Assembly (NCBI RefSeq): GCF_963921235.1
Contig: NC_086109.1
Location: forward strand, 9,984,001-10,048,000
Direction: 5' to 3'
Source of the DNA: Mobula hypostoma
Lineage: Eukaryota
Length of the DNA stretch: 64,000 nucleotides
Shown here one piece after another: positions 39,846 through 52,205 of the stretch (positions within the stretch are counted from its first letter, which is position 1; every line of letters starts with the position of its first letter). Position numbers and translations under genes: made by a program. The notes under the pieces were generated by a model that saw only the letters and a program-made list of their open reading frames with translations, was not told the origin of the DNA and made no database searches.

Positions 39846-40088
39846 AGACTAAACTAAACAAAACTAAAACAAAGTTGGGCTAACATATTACATTGGATAC
39901 AATCATTAATGTCGTTAAATCCACTCCTCTATCTGTATATTTTTAGTTAAAAAAAAGGATTCGAAAAAGGTCAAACTACATCATATGAAAATATTGAATA
40001 AATGGTCTCCAAGTTTCTTCAAATTTAACCAAAGGATCAGAGGTGCCACTTCTGATTTTCTCCAAATTTGAGCAAGATATAGTTTGAT
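39846..40088 (-). mobile_element. L1-clade LINE 3' end nested in CR1
   Basis: Reverse complement translates NLEKIRSGTSDPLVKFEETWRPFIQYFHMM*, like fish-type L1 ORF2 ends. Confidence 0.7.
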
Positions 40089-40185
40089 GGCTCTGGTCCT
40101 ATACACGCTAGTGTTTAGAAAAAATGAGAGGGGATCTCATTGAAACCTATCGAATATTGAAAGGCATAAACAAAGTGAATGTGGA

Positions 40186-40386
40186 CAGCAACACACATAA
40201 AAAATGCTGGTGAACGCAGCAGGACAGGCAGCATCTATAGGAAGAGGTACAGTCGATGTTTTGGGCCGACACCCTTTGTCAGTCCTGTAGATCTTCCTAT
40301 AGATGCTGCCTGGCCTGCTGCGTTCACCAGCGTTTTTTATGTGTGTTGCTTGAATTTCCAGCATCTGCAGATTCCCTCGTGTTTGC
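40186..40386. mobile_element. PLE fold-back mini-element with 11-bp TSD
   Basis: GTGAATGTGGA at 40175-40185 and 40387-40397; arms about 40187-40252 / 40285-40350. Confidence 0.88.
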
Positions 40387-41767
40387 GTGAATGTGGAGAG
40401 AATGTTCCTTTTAGAGGATTAGTCGAGGAACAGAGGGCACAGCCTTACAATAGAGGGCCATCAATCTAGAAGAGGTGAGCAGAAATTTCTTCAGCCAGAC
40501 GATGATGAGTCTGTGGAATTCATTACCATGCATGGCCACGGACGCCAAGTCATTGAGTATACTTAAAGCAGGGTTGATAGGTTCTTGGTCAGTCACGGCA
40601 TCAAGGGTTATGTGGAGAAGACAGGAAAATGAGGTTGAAAGGTATAATAAATCAGCCATGATGGAATGGTGGAGTAGACTCAATGGGGGTTGGCCTAATT
40701 CTGCTCCTATCTCTTATGGTCTTATGGTGTTATATACCAAGAAAGAGTGGAAAACTGTACTTGTATACTGTTCATACAGTTCATTACACAGTGCATGAGG
40801 TAGGAGAAGGCAGAGCAATAACTATTCAGAATAAACTGTAAAATCTGTTGGTAATGTGCAGTGTAGGTAAACAATAAAGTGCAAGCTCATAACGAGGTAG
40901 ATTATGCGTGCATTTTATCATACAAGAGGTCCATCGAAGAGTCTAATAGCACTGACAGAAGCTGTTCTTGAGCCCGATGTTAGGTGCTTTCAGGTTTTTG
41001 GATCTTCTGCCCAACGGGACAAGGGAAAAGAAAGAATCTCTGGGGTGGGTGGGGTCTTTGGTTATGCTGGCTGTTTTACTGTGGCAGTGGGTAATATGGA
41101 CACAGTGCATAGCAGGGAGGCTGGTTCCTGTGATGCACTGAGTTTTGTCTACAACTTTCTGCAGTTTCCTTGCAGTCACATGCAGAGCTGTTGCCATACC
41201 AAGACATCATACATCCAGGCAGAATGTTTTATCTGTGGTGCATCGATAAAAATTGGGAAGACTTGCCAAATTTATAAATGATGGTAAGGGAAATAAAGGC
41301 CAATGAAGGCGTATCTGTAGGAAATGTATTTCGGAGGAGAGAAATTACATCTCAAATTCCGTTACCCCACCACTCATCTCTTCCTCGGTCTCTGTGTAGT
41401 GCAAATAAAGGAACAGGACATATAAGCTGTGAAATGCAGGATGAAATGTATCACAATGAAGAACAAAGCCCTCAGGACAATTGAACGAGAGGTGGCTTAC
41501 CACACAGAGGAAATGATAGTCATCTCATTTTCTTAAATCAAGTTCAATTTCAAGGTTATTGTCATCTGACTGTATATACATACAACCAAATGAAATAACG
41601 TTCCTCCTGACCACGGTGCACCCACAAAACATATATCACACACAGAGCACAAAAACCAAACTATTACCACAAATAAATTAATAAAATATCATTCAAAATT
41701 GCAGGTAAAGCACGCAGTGCAGGTAAACAGTAAACAGATCGGTAAACAGGAAACAGCTCACTAACTG

Positions 41768-42050
41768 GTGGCATGGTAGTGTAGTGGTCAGCACAACACT
41801 TTACAGTACAAACCCAGGTTCGTTTCCCGCCGCTGCCTGTAAGGAGTTTGTACGTTTTCCCCGTGACCGTGTGGATTGCCTCCAGGTGCTCCGGTTTCCT
41901 CCCACAGTCCAAAGATGTACAGGTCAGCGCGGTAATCGCCATTGTAAATTATCCTGTGATTAGGCTGGCATTAAATTGGTGGGGGGGGGTGGAATTGCAG
42001 GGCAGTGTGGCTTGAAGGGCTGGAAAGGCCCTCTATCTCAATAAAAAAAT
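41768..42050 (+). mobile_element. V-SINE
   Basis: tRNA head plus V core. Confidence 0.82.
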
Positions 42051-42552
42051 AAATATTCTAGTGACAAGACCTTGGTGGTGATAGACTATTGAATTGAATT
42101 GAATATTCAATTCACAAAATGGGCATTATGCATTTATGTATTGCATTTTAATTCAAGACCAATCATAATGCAAGAAGAGAATTATATTGTTCAATGAAAC
42201 ATCATTCACTCCTTTGATATTCAGGGATTGATGACACATCAACTTTCTTTTAGTTTAAGCTTTCACATTATGAAGTTGCAGTTTTAAATGTTAAAAATAA
42301 TACAATAGCAATTACTACTATTTATCAGAGGACACCTCAGCAATAAATAGCAACTGCACTTTGATTTGATACCTTTGACCTCTGTTTAAGTGTGGGTGGG
42401 TTTTATTGTCTTGTTTATATCTTATATTACTTATTAAATACTGACAAATAGAATATTGATTGCACATTATGTGATAAGTGCAGTGGTATGACATCTTGTT
42501 TTTATAGTAAATTAAATCCAAAATTTAAAACTGCAGTTGCTAGGTATCTGAA

Positions 42553-43135
42553 ATGAAAACAAAATGCTGGAAAGACTCAGCAGATCCAGTAGCATCTGTG
42601 GAGGGTGAAGATGCTTCAGGTCAAAGTCTCAAATATCCATGCAAGTGGCCCTCATGTTACACCTGCCCTTTCACCTCGTCCCTCGCTGCCATTCAGGGTC
42701 CCAAACAGTCCTTGCAGATGAGGCAACATTTCAATCTGCTGGGGCAGATTTTCCTCCCCCTCCCCTCTCCTATTCCCCACTCTGGCATTTTACCTCTCCT
42801 CACCTGCCTATCACTTCCCCCTGGGTCCCCTGTTCCTCCCCTTTCTCCTATCAGATTCCTTCTTTGCCACCCTTTTACCTGTCCCAACCTGGCTTCACCT
42901 ATCACCTTCAGGCTCTCCTCCTTCCCTTCCCCCCACCTTTTTATTCTGGCGTTTTCCCCCTTCCATTTCAGCCCTGAAGAATGGTTTCAGCCTGAAATAT
43001 TGACTGCTTTTCATTTCCATAGATGCTGCCTGAGCTGCTGAGTTCCCTCAGTATTTTGTGTGTCATAAATATTAACCCTTTTCCCCCTTTCCACGGATAT
43101 TACCGACCTACTGAGAGCTTCCAGCATTTTCTGAC
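42553..43135 (+). mobile_element. PLE fragments
   Basis: YPCKWPSCYTCPFTSSLAAIQGPKQ Zn-linker plus pLTR. Confidence 0.78.
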
Positions 43136-44060
43136 TTTATCCTATCTCCCTAAACTCGCTTTAAAACTCTAATTCACTTGAACAAAAGAAATTCTTCGCA
43201 AAGAGCGACCTGAGGAATGCCTAGTACATCGCATACTCTTTGATATACCTCTTGGCAGAGTCGTCGTAATTCAGCCGCTGCCAAATCATTGGTCAGCTCA
43301 ACCCAGTGAGAAATACATTCTCGGCAGAATTATATTCTTACTTTCCATTATGTTGAGTCTGAGCTGTGAACAATGGAATTCCACAAGAGCTAACCACCCG
43401 AAACAAAGACGAGAGCATGCTCTTTACTAGAACAGGAAAGAAATTTATGGCCTTGATGGCTTTAATTGTGTTAATTTTTGCGAGAAGCTGATGTTTAAAT
43501 TAAATTGCAAAGTTGGTTTATTATTGTCACGTGTACTGAGGAAAATAGGGATTGGTCAGTGGAACAAGAAAATCTGCAGATACTGGAAATCCAGAGTAAC
43601 ACACACAAAATGCTGGAGGAACTCAGCAGATCAAGCAGCAGATCATGGAAAGGAATAAAGAGTCATTTTGGGCCAAGACCGTTTTTGGTCAGGAAAATGA
43701 GCTTGAGTTTGAGGAATAATGGAGGCAGCCTGAGAGGACTACTCCTACCTGCATTTATAAAAGGCCCTAGCAAGGTAGAGAGCAGGAGAGAGAAAGAGAG
43801 GGGCAGAGAGGGAGAGAGAAGGAGAACATTGTAGAAAGAGAGAGAGAGATGCCCAACTGACCATGACACCAAATTAAACTAAACCCATCTGCCAATATTG
43901 CTCCATTCCTTCCCTGTTTAAATGCCTCTTGAGTGTCTCAATCGTGTCTGCTTCCACCATCAACCCTGGCAACCCATTCAGGAACCCTCCGCTCTCTGTG
44001 TGAAAAAATGAAACCAGCACATCTCCTTTGAACTTCTCCCTCTCATGCTAAGGGTATATA

Positions 44061-45749
44061 CAGTGTCATGCAAATGTTTGGGCACCCTGGTCAAAATTTC
44101 TGTTACCGTGAATAGTTAAGTGAGTAGAAGATGAACTGATCTCCAAAAGTCATAAAGTTAAAGATGAAACATTCTTTTCAACACTTTAAGCAAGGTTAGT
44201 GTATTATTCTTGTCTTGTACAATTTTAGAGTGGAAAAAAAGGAAAGGAGCACCATGCAAAAGTTTGGGCACACCAAGAGATTTGAGCTCTCAGATAACTT
44301 TTATCAAGGTCTCAGACCTTAATTAGCTTGTTAGGGCTATGGCTTATTCACAGTCATCGTTAGGAAAGGCCAAGTGATGCAAATTTCAAAGCTTTATAAA
44401 TATCCTGACTCCTCAAACCTTGTCCCAACAATCAATAGCCATGGGCTCCTCTAAGCAGCTGCCTCTGAAAATTAAAATAATTGATGCCCTCAAAGCAGGA
44501 GAAGGCTAAAAGAAGATAGCAAAGTGTTTTTAGGTAGCCATTTCCTCATTTCGTAATGTAATTAAGAAATGGCAGTTAACAGGAACGGTGGAGGTCAATT
44601 TGAGGTCTGGAAGACCAAGAAAACTTTCTGAGAGAACTGCTCATAGGATTGCTGGAAAGGCAAATCAAAACCCCCGTTTGACTGCAAAAGACCTTCAGGA
44701 AGATTTAGCAGACTCTGGAGTGGTGGTGCACTGTTCTACTGTGCAGCGACACCTGCACAAATATGACCTTCATGGAAGAGTCATCAGAAGAAAACCTTTC
44801 CTGCATCCTCACCACAAAATTCAGCATCAGAGGTTTGCAAAGGAACATCTAAACAAGCCTGATGCTTTTTGGAAACAAGTCCTGTGGACTGATGAAGTTA
44901 AAATAGAACTTTTTGGCCACAATGAGCAAAGGTAAGTTTGGAGAAAAAAGGGTGCAGAATTTCATGAAAAGAACACCTCTCCAACTGTTAAGCACGGGGG
45001 GTGGATCGATCATGCTTTGGGCTTGTGTTGCAGCCAGTGGCATGGGGAACATTTCACTGGTAGAGGGAAGAATGAATTCAATCAAATACCAGCAAATTCT
45101 GGAAGCAAACATCACACCATCTGTAAAAAAGCTGAAGATGAAAAGAGCAAACATGAGGAAATCTGCAGATGCTGGAATTTCAAGCAACACACACACACAA
45201 AATGCTGGTGAATGCAGCATTTGAAGATGAAAAGAGGATGGCTTCTACAACAGGATAATGATTCTAAACACACCCGAAAATCCACAATAGACTACCTCAA
45301 GAGGTGCAAGCTGAAGGTTTTGCCATGGTCCTCACAGTCCCCTGACCTAAACATCATCGAAAATCCATGGATAGACCTCAAAAGAGCAGTGCATGCAAGA
45401 CAGCCCAAGAATCTCACAGAACTAGAAGACTTTTGCAAGGAAGAATGAGCGAAAATCCCTCAAACAAGAATTCAAAGACTCTTATCTGGCTACAAAAAGC
45501 GTTTACAGGCTGTGGTACTTGCCAAAGGGGGTGTTACTAAGTACTGACCATGCAGGGTGCCCAAACTTCTGTTTCGGGCCCTTTTCCTTTTTTGTCATTT
45601 TGAAACTATAAAAGATGGAAATAAAAAAGTAATCTTGCTTAAAATAATAAAGAAATATGTTTTGGAAATCAGGTCATCTTTTACTCGCTTAGCTATTCAG
45701 AGTAACAGAAATTTTGACCAGGGGTGCCCAAACCTTTTGTATGCCACTG
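44061..45749 (+). mobile_element. Full-length but inactivated Tc1 (DD34E) transposon
   Basis: TA-CAGTG..CACTG-TA ends, inner repeats at about 44253 and 45556; transposase ATG 44441 to about 45547 with GRPRK, WTDEVK, QQDND-34aa-E; stops, frameshifts and a PLE insertion. Confidence 0.95.
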
Positions 45750-47204
45750 TATTCTACTGTCTTGCAGCGCTACCCTGAGAAAGAAGACAATTTATGCTAA
45801 TTAATGTTCCTATCATTTTATAAACTTCGGTCAGGGCTCCTCTTAGCCTCCAAATCTCCATATACAGGTTCAAAGTACATTTATTATCAAAGTACGTATA
45901 CTATATACAACCTTGAGATTTCTCTCCCTGCAGGCAGCAACAAAACAAAGACACCCAATAGAACTTATTAAAAAATAAGAAGATCGCCATATACCCAAAT
46001 GTGCTGGGGGGAAAAAAACAAATCATGCAAACAGCAAAAGCAAGCAAACAACTGAAATTGATGAAAGTGAGTCCGCAGCTGAGAACCCAGTCATCACTGC
46101 AGCCGATCCAGTAGCCTAGTACTTGCAGGCCACAGCCTCAGTTCAGCCAAGCCTCTTTCTATAGCTAATAATTTTTATAATATCCTTAATTTTTGATACA
46201 TTTTATTATAACATTTTAACACAGATTTTTAAAAATTATTAAAATATTCTTAACTTTGATACTTTTTATTTTAATATTTTAAATCTTTTTTTTAAGTTAT
46301 TTCCTTCAGAGAAAAACCTGAAACTCAAAATCTGTCAGCATTTTCTTTTTTTGCCTGGTCACTCCTATTCTGTTGTTTGGCAACAGAGCCCAGCATGTTT
46401 AAACCTTTAATTGGTCCATTGTGCTAAGTCCGCAGTCTTGTGACCTGCTCTTAAAATTTGGTTCCATTAAAGTCAATCAGCAGAGCCAAACTTCAGATGT
46501 GAAGCCAGAAGATAGTCACTACTACACCGACCAACATCTGGGAACGTTGTAGGCTTTGGCTGCTTTGTAGCAACTAGGATTAAGTGGGAAGTAGGATTTT
46601 CTATAGGGTCAGACAGGTGAGGTTTGCCTCTCGCAAGCCGTCAGCTCCTATTCCAAGTCCACCTAACACAAGGTTTATTGTAATATGCACAGCTGCTTAA
46701 ACACAACTGCTAACAAAGGACAGATGTGCAGACACCTGCCACAGTTAATTCTGTTGCTGATATCAAAAGGGTTCCAGGCTATAAAAGGAAATTGGAATGA
46801 CTTTTAAATATCAAGTGATTACTGATGATTTTGGTGAGATATTGGGTTGCTCCTTCCTTCTGACTGTTGACCTGTTCTATTTATAAAGGAGGTGTTACCT
46901 AATCAGTATTAACCTTCAACAATTTCTTTATTGATCATAGAACATAGGACATTACAGCACAGGAACAAGTACTTTGGCCCACGATAATGCACCAAACTAA
47001 TTAAAGTAGTAATTAAACATCTGACTAAACTAGTCCCTTTGGCCCACATAATGTCCATATCTCTCTGTTCTCTGCATATGCCTAAGATCCTGACCCATAT
47101 GGACCATTTAGAACTTTACAATTCACTTTTCACTCTGTTTAACAAAGATTTGTTCCATGGTCATTCACTGCTTCTGATCATGTTGTTTAATATTTGCCCG
47201 ACAG

Positions 47205-47338
47205 ATCAAGTGTTTGAAGATATCGAGAACGGCGGTATGTTCGAAGAGAGTGGACTGGCACGTAACTGCCTCTTCCTCTCAGTCCACGATGCGGTTCTTT
47301 ACTCACTGGCCAGCAGGCAGGATACAACCAAGGAAAAG
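47205..47338 (+). CDS. slc26a9: SLC26A9-like exon I (STAS end), (D)QVFEDIENGGMFEESGLARNCLFLSVHDAVLYSLASRQDTTKEK
   Basis: ttgcccgacAG / AAG|GTagca; 134 nt, phase 1 to 0; F.SVHDAVL motif. Confidence 0.93.
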
Positions 47339-47562
47339 GTAGCAACTTTTAAGAGAATGTTACTTGCTATTTAAAATATGAAAGGAAGCCTTGACCTTTG
47401 TGTCAGAACTAGCAGATCAGCTGGTAATTCAGAATAGAGTCACAGCTAATTCCAGAGTATTTATTCGTCTTCACACTGCTGCCTTACATTTCAGTAGTCT
47501 TTTGTAAATGTTTATCTGTATGAGATAATCTTAATAGTTTCTCTCAGGTGGGATTTAATCCC

Positions 47563-48127
47563 TGACATGTTGCTCCATGGCCTCATCTACTGTCTTGATG
47601 AGGACGCTCTCAGGTTGCAGGGGCAACATCTCATATTCCTTCTGGGTAGCCTCCAACCTGATGGCATGAACATTGATTTCTCTAACTTCTATAATTTCTC
47701 CTCCTCCCCATGCCTTCTTCTTCCATTCCCCTCTCTTTGGCTCCCCTCTTACCTCTCTTCTCCTCACCTGCCTGTCTTCTCCCACAGTGCTCCTTCTCCT
47801 TCCCTTTCTCCATGATCTACTTTCTTTTCCTATCATAATCCTCCTTCTTTAGCCCATTACCTTTTCCACCTATCACCTCCCAGCTTCTTAATTCAACTCC
47901 TCCGCCACCCACCTGCCTTCAGCTATCACCTTCCTCACCCCACACCTTCGTATTCTGGCATCCTCCACCCCCCCCCCCGCCTTCCTTTCCAGTCCCGATG
48001 AAGGGTATTAGTGCAAAAAGTCGACTGTTTATTCATTTCCACAGACGCTTCCTGATCTGCTGAGTTCCTGCAGTATTTTATGTGTGTTACTCCAGAGTTT
48101 CAGCATCTGCAGAATCTCTTATGTTTA
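47563..48127 (+). mobile_element. PLE 3' fragment
   Basis: ORF HGLIYCLDEDALRLQGQHLIFLLGSLQPDGMNIDFSNF plus pLTR. Confidence 0.85.
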
Positions 48128-49761
48128 AACAATAATTTTACTTTAAGTAAATTTTTTTATTTCATTATCAGAGAATTGAGTGAACAGTTTTGCAAATCTG
48201 CCAAATGCTGGAAATCTGGAATGAACAGTATATCCCTAATGCCCTGACATGTGGACAGAACTCTGGGAATTATTAGAAAGCCAGATCTGTGAGTTTGCTC
48301 TGACACAAACGTCTCCGAGTCCAGCTTCCCTGCCAGGGAATTGTCACCAGGACCCTCCATCAGGTTAGGCATGGGGGGTCGGTCCAGAGTCCCAACGGTT
48401 TCAATAGGAAGTGGAGGGCTTTGGAGACTGAGGCAAATAACTTAGAACATAGAACACTACAGCAAAATAGTGCAGTGTCTTGTGGCCATGTGCATAGCAG
48501 TTGCCATAACAACTGTGATGCATCCAGATAGGGTGCTTTCTGTGGCTTTCAGAAATATTTACAAACCACTGACATGTATGACAACGTTCACAGCCTGCAA
48601 GTTGCTACGCCCAGCCTTGCCAGCTGTCAAAGGAAGTCTGGTTTATTCTGGAGGTGTGTTTTCTGCCCTGTTCCACCTACAGTCCAATCACCACTCAGCC
48701 TCTGGTGGATGGTGGCATGCTCTGGAGTCAGCAACACCCAACACCCACTCCCCTCCTCATTCCTCCAAGGCAAGCAAAGATGTGGGAAAATCTTAATGGG
48801 ATCTAGCCAACAAGATCCAGCCCTCAGTGGCAGACAATGGCACAGTCCTATGGCTGGGAGAGCTGCTGCCTCACAGCCCCAGTATCCTGGGTTCAATCCT
48901 AACCTCGGATACTTCCCGTGCAGAGTTTGCACGTTTGTGGGTTTACTCCCTGGTGCCCCAGTTTCCTCCCACATCCCAAAGACATTCAGGAAAGTTAGTT
49001 GCCTCTTGTATCTAAGTGAGAGGTCAAGTCCAATTGATAGGAATAGGGGGAGAATACAATGAGATTAGTGTTAAGGAATGATTGACGCTAGCATGGCCTG
49101 CATGGGCCAAAGGGCCTGTTTCCATGCCCTTTGAACCTATGGCAAGAAAGCTACGGTAGTTTAGGACTGCTGTAACATTGCAATTGTTTCCCCTTCCTAA
49201 ATCAGAATTGAGGAAGTGGGATTGTCTTTAGAAAAGCACTTTAGTGGAACTGGTGGGAGGAGACAATGAGTACAGATTTAAATTGGTCATTGTGACTACC
49301 TCTACTAAATGTTGCAGATCTCAAACCAGAATGTGAATCAAAATTTGGAATATTTTCTAAGCAACCTTATAATTGAAATTATGAGAGACTTAGATAAGGT
49401 GGATGGTAACGCTCTTTCCCCCAGGGTAGACCTGTCCAATTCTCGGGTTTAGGGTGAGGGGAAAAGATATAGAAGAGACCTGAGAGATGTCCTTTTCACA
49501 TGAAGGATGATGAGTATATGGAACAAACTGCCAGAGGAAATAAGACCATAAGATACAGGAGCAGAATTAGGCCATTTGGCCCATTGAGTCTGCTCCACCA
49601 TTTCATCATGGCTGATCCACGTTCTTTTCAGTTCCAATCTCCTGCCTTCTCCCCAAATCCCTTTACATCTTGAATAATCAAGAATCTGTCAACCACAGCC
49701 TTAAATATACCCAATGACTTGGCTTCCACAGCCATCTATGGCAATAAATTCCACAGATTCT

Positions 49762-50314
49762 GTGTACAAGAAGGGCCAGGGGAGACTGAGGGCCTTTGGA
49801 GTACGCAGACCTCTACTTCACATATTGTACCAGTCTGTTGTCATCAGTACAATCTTCTATATGGTGGGGGCAATGGCATCAATGTGGGTGATGCCAACAG
49901 GCTCCATAAACTGATTAGAAAGGCGGGCTCTGTTATAGGGATCAAACTGGACACAGTGGAGGCTGTGGTAGAACAAAGGACCTTACGGAAAGTCCTGGAA
50001 ATTCTGGACAATGTTTCTCACCCTCTGCATGCCACCTTGGCTGAACAGAGGAGCACTTTTAGTAATAGACTGAGAGAACCGCGCTGCTCCAAGAGTGCTA
50101 TACGAGGTCATTCTTACCCTCGGCCATTAGGCTCTACAATGAGTCAACCTATAGCCGGGGAAGTGATGACCCCCTCCTGTTAGACTGTTTGAGGTAACTT
50201 ATTTTTTTCTTCTTACTTCTCTTTAAACATTTATATACTGTATCTGTTCACTTGTAATGCTACAATGACACTGTAATTTCCTTTGGGATCAATAAAGTAT
50301 CTATCTATCTATCT
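49762..50314 (+). mobile_element. Rex1/Babar 3' fragment nested in CR1
   Basis: VYKKGQGRL..DANRLHKLIRKAGSVIG..HPLH; AATAAA then (TATC)n. Confidence 0.82.
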
Positions 50315-51227
50315 CTCTGGCTAAAGAAGTTCCTCCTCATCTCTGTTCTAAGTAGATATCCCTTACTCTGAGGCTGTGTCCTCCTGTCTTAAACTCCCCT
50401 GTCGTAGGAAACATCCTCCCCACATCCAAACTGTTGAGACCTTTCAACATTCGATAGGTTTCACAGAGAAATGGTTGAGGCAGGTACAATAGTATCATTT
50501 AAGAAGCACTTGGATAGGTATGCGGATAGACATGGCTTAGAGGGAGAAGGACAGAGTGCATGAAATTGGGACTAGCTGGGTAGGCACCAGGGTTGACATG
50601 GACTTGTTGGGCTGAAGGGCCTGTACCCCGCTATGTTGCTCGATGACCCAAAATTTTCCAGTCCTGAACTTTCCACTTGGACATTCTCCTACATTCTGCT
50701 TCCCAAACCATCACCAGAGCCTTTCTGCCATCCCTTCAGTATCATAACTCTCAGATTCTCGCTGCTAAGGCTACTGTGACAGCACCTCCTGCATCTGCAG
50801 CCAAGGGTAACAGGCATGTGGCACCATCAACCCCAGCAGGCTCCTCCCTAGTTCATAAACACAAGAGAGTCTGCTGGAAATCGGGAGCAACACACACACA
50901 GAGCTGGTGGAACTCGGCAGGTCAGGCAGCATCTATGGAGGGGAATAAACAGATGATGTTTCAGGCCTAGACCACTCATCAGAACTGGAAAGGAAGGGGG
51001 AAGAAGTCAGAATAGGAAGGTGGAGGGGGGGTAATGAGTGCAAGCTGGAAGTTGATAGGTGAGGGGGAAGCTGGCTGGGTGGGGGAATGGTGGTGAAGTG
51101 AGTATTGGGACATGACAGGTGGAAAAGATAAAGGGCTGAAGAAGAAGGAATCTGATAAGGAGAGTGGACCACGGGAGAAAGGGAAAGAGGAGGGGCACCA
51201 GATGGGGTGGGTGTGGGGTGATAGGCA

Positions 51228-51832
51228 GATGACCTTCTAGAGGACCAATTCTGTCCCTTGCCATCCTTTTGCTCTTAATATATCTGTAGAACCCCTTAGG
51301 ATTCTCCTTCACCTTGTCTGCTAGGGCAACCTCATGCCTTTTTTTTAGCCCTCATGATTTCCTTCTTAAGAGTTCTCTTTCACTTCTTATACTCGTCATG
51401 GACCTCATTTGTTCCTGCCTGCCTATACCTGCTATGCACCGCCACCCTCTTCTTAACCAGGGCCTTAACATCTCCTGAAAAACAAGATTCACTCAAGTGC
51501 TTATCTTTGCCCTTTATTCTGGCAGGAACATACAAACTCTGTACTCTCAAAAATTTACTTTTGAAGGCCTCCCACTTACCAGGTACACTTTTGCCAGAAA
51601 ACAACCTGTCCAAGTCCACACTTGCCAGGTCCTTTTCGATACCATCAAAATTGGCCTTTCTCCAATTTAGAATCTCAAAGCGATAGCCAGACATACTGTA
51701 TCATTTTCCTTAATTAATTTGAAACTAACGACATTGTGATCACGAGCTGCTAAGTGTTCCCCTACGCAAACTTCTGTCAGCTGCCCTGTCTCATTCTCTA
51801 ATTGGAGATCTAGTATCCCACTCTCTCTCTGG
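51228..51832 (-). mobile_element. CR1 ORF2 fragment (EN-RT linker)
   Basis: LNWRKANFDGI..WEAFK; KENPKGFYRYIKSKR. Confidence 0.82.
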
Positions 51833-51907
51833 GGCTACTATGTGCAGAACTGATTAAGGAAACTGATTAAGTGTTTTTAATCAGTTTGCCAAGCGCCTAA
51901 TTATGCA

Positions 51908-52205
51908 CAATCCAATGTCTCCTCAGGAATCATGGCACGCAAAATGTGCCGGTGGCCCCCGCTCACTCTTTTTAAACTCTCTCTCCCTCTATACAATCCA
52001 ATGTCTCCTCAGGAACTGTGGTATGCAAAATGTGTCAACTGCTCCCACTCACTTCTCTTAAACTCTCTTACCCTCCACACAATCCAATGTCTGCTCAGGA
52101 CCTGTGACACCATACATGTGCCAACTGCCCCCACTCTCTCCTTTTAATCTTTCTCTCCCCCTACGCAATTTGGTGTCTCCTCCGGAACTGTGGCACACAA
52201 AGTGC
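51908..52205. repeat. 86-bp-unit tandem repeat, about 3.5 copies
   Basis: CAATCCAATGTCTCCTCAGGA-like unit starts at 51908, 51994, 52080 and 52166. Confidence 0.9.

Larger units (their letters stand above)
38396..40728 (+). mobile_element. CR1 with ORF1 remnant (Zn-finger and esterase start) joined to RT/3' end; nested L1 and PLE insertions
   Basis: SSCAM..HICRKC, IPLSNKY, KAIVIG(V)PIVRG; then DVVYLDFQ..KFADNTK. Confidence 0.82.

Noticed and set aside
48470..49062. Overlapping 108-162-aa ORFs
   Set aside because: Span LINE and V-SINE fragments; no recognisable protein or splice structure
51908..52205. CRISPR-like regularly spaced repeats
   Set aside because: Whole units are homologous, so there are no unique spacers; no cas genes; vertebrate intron
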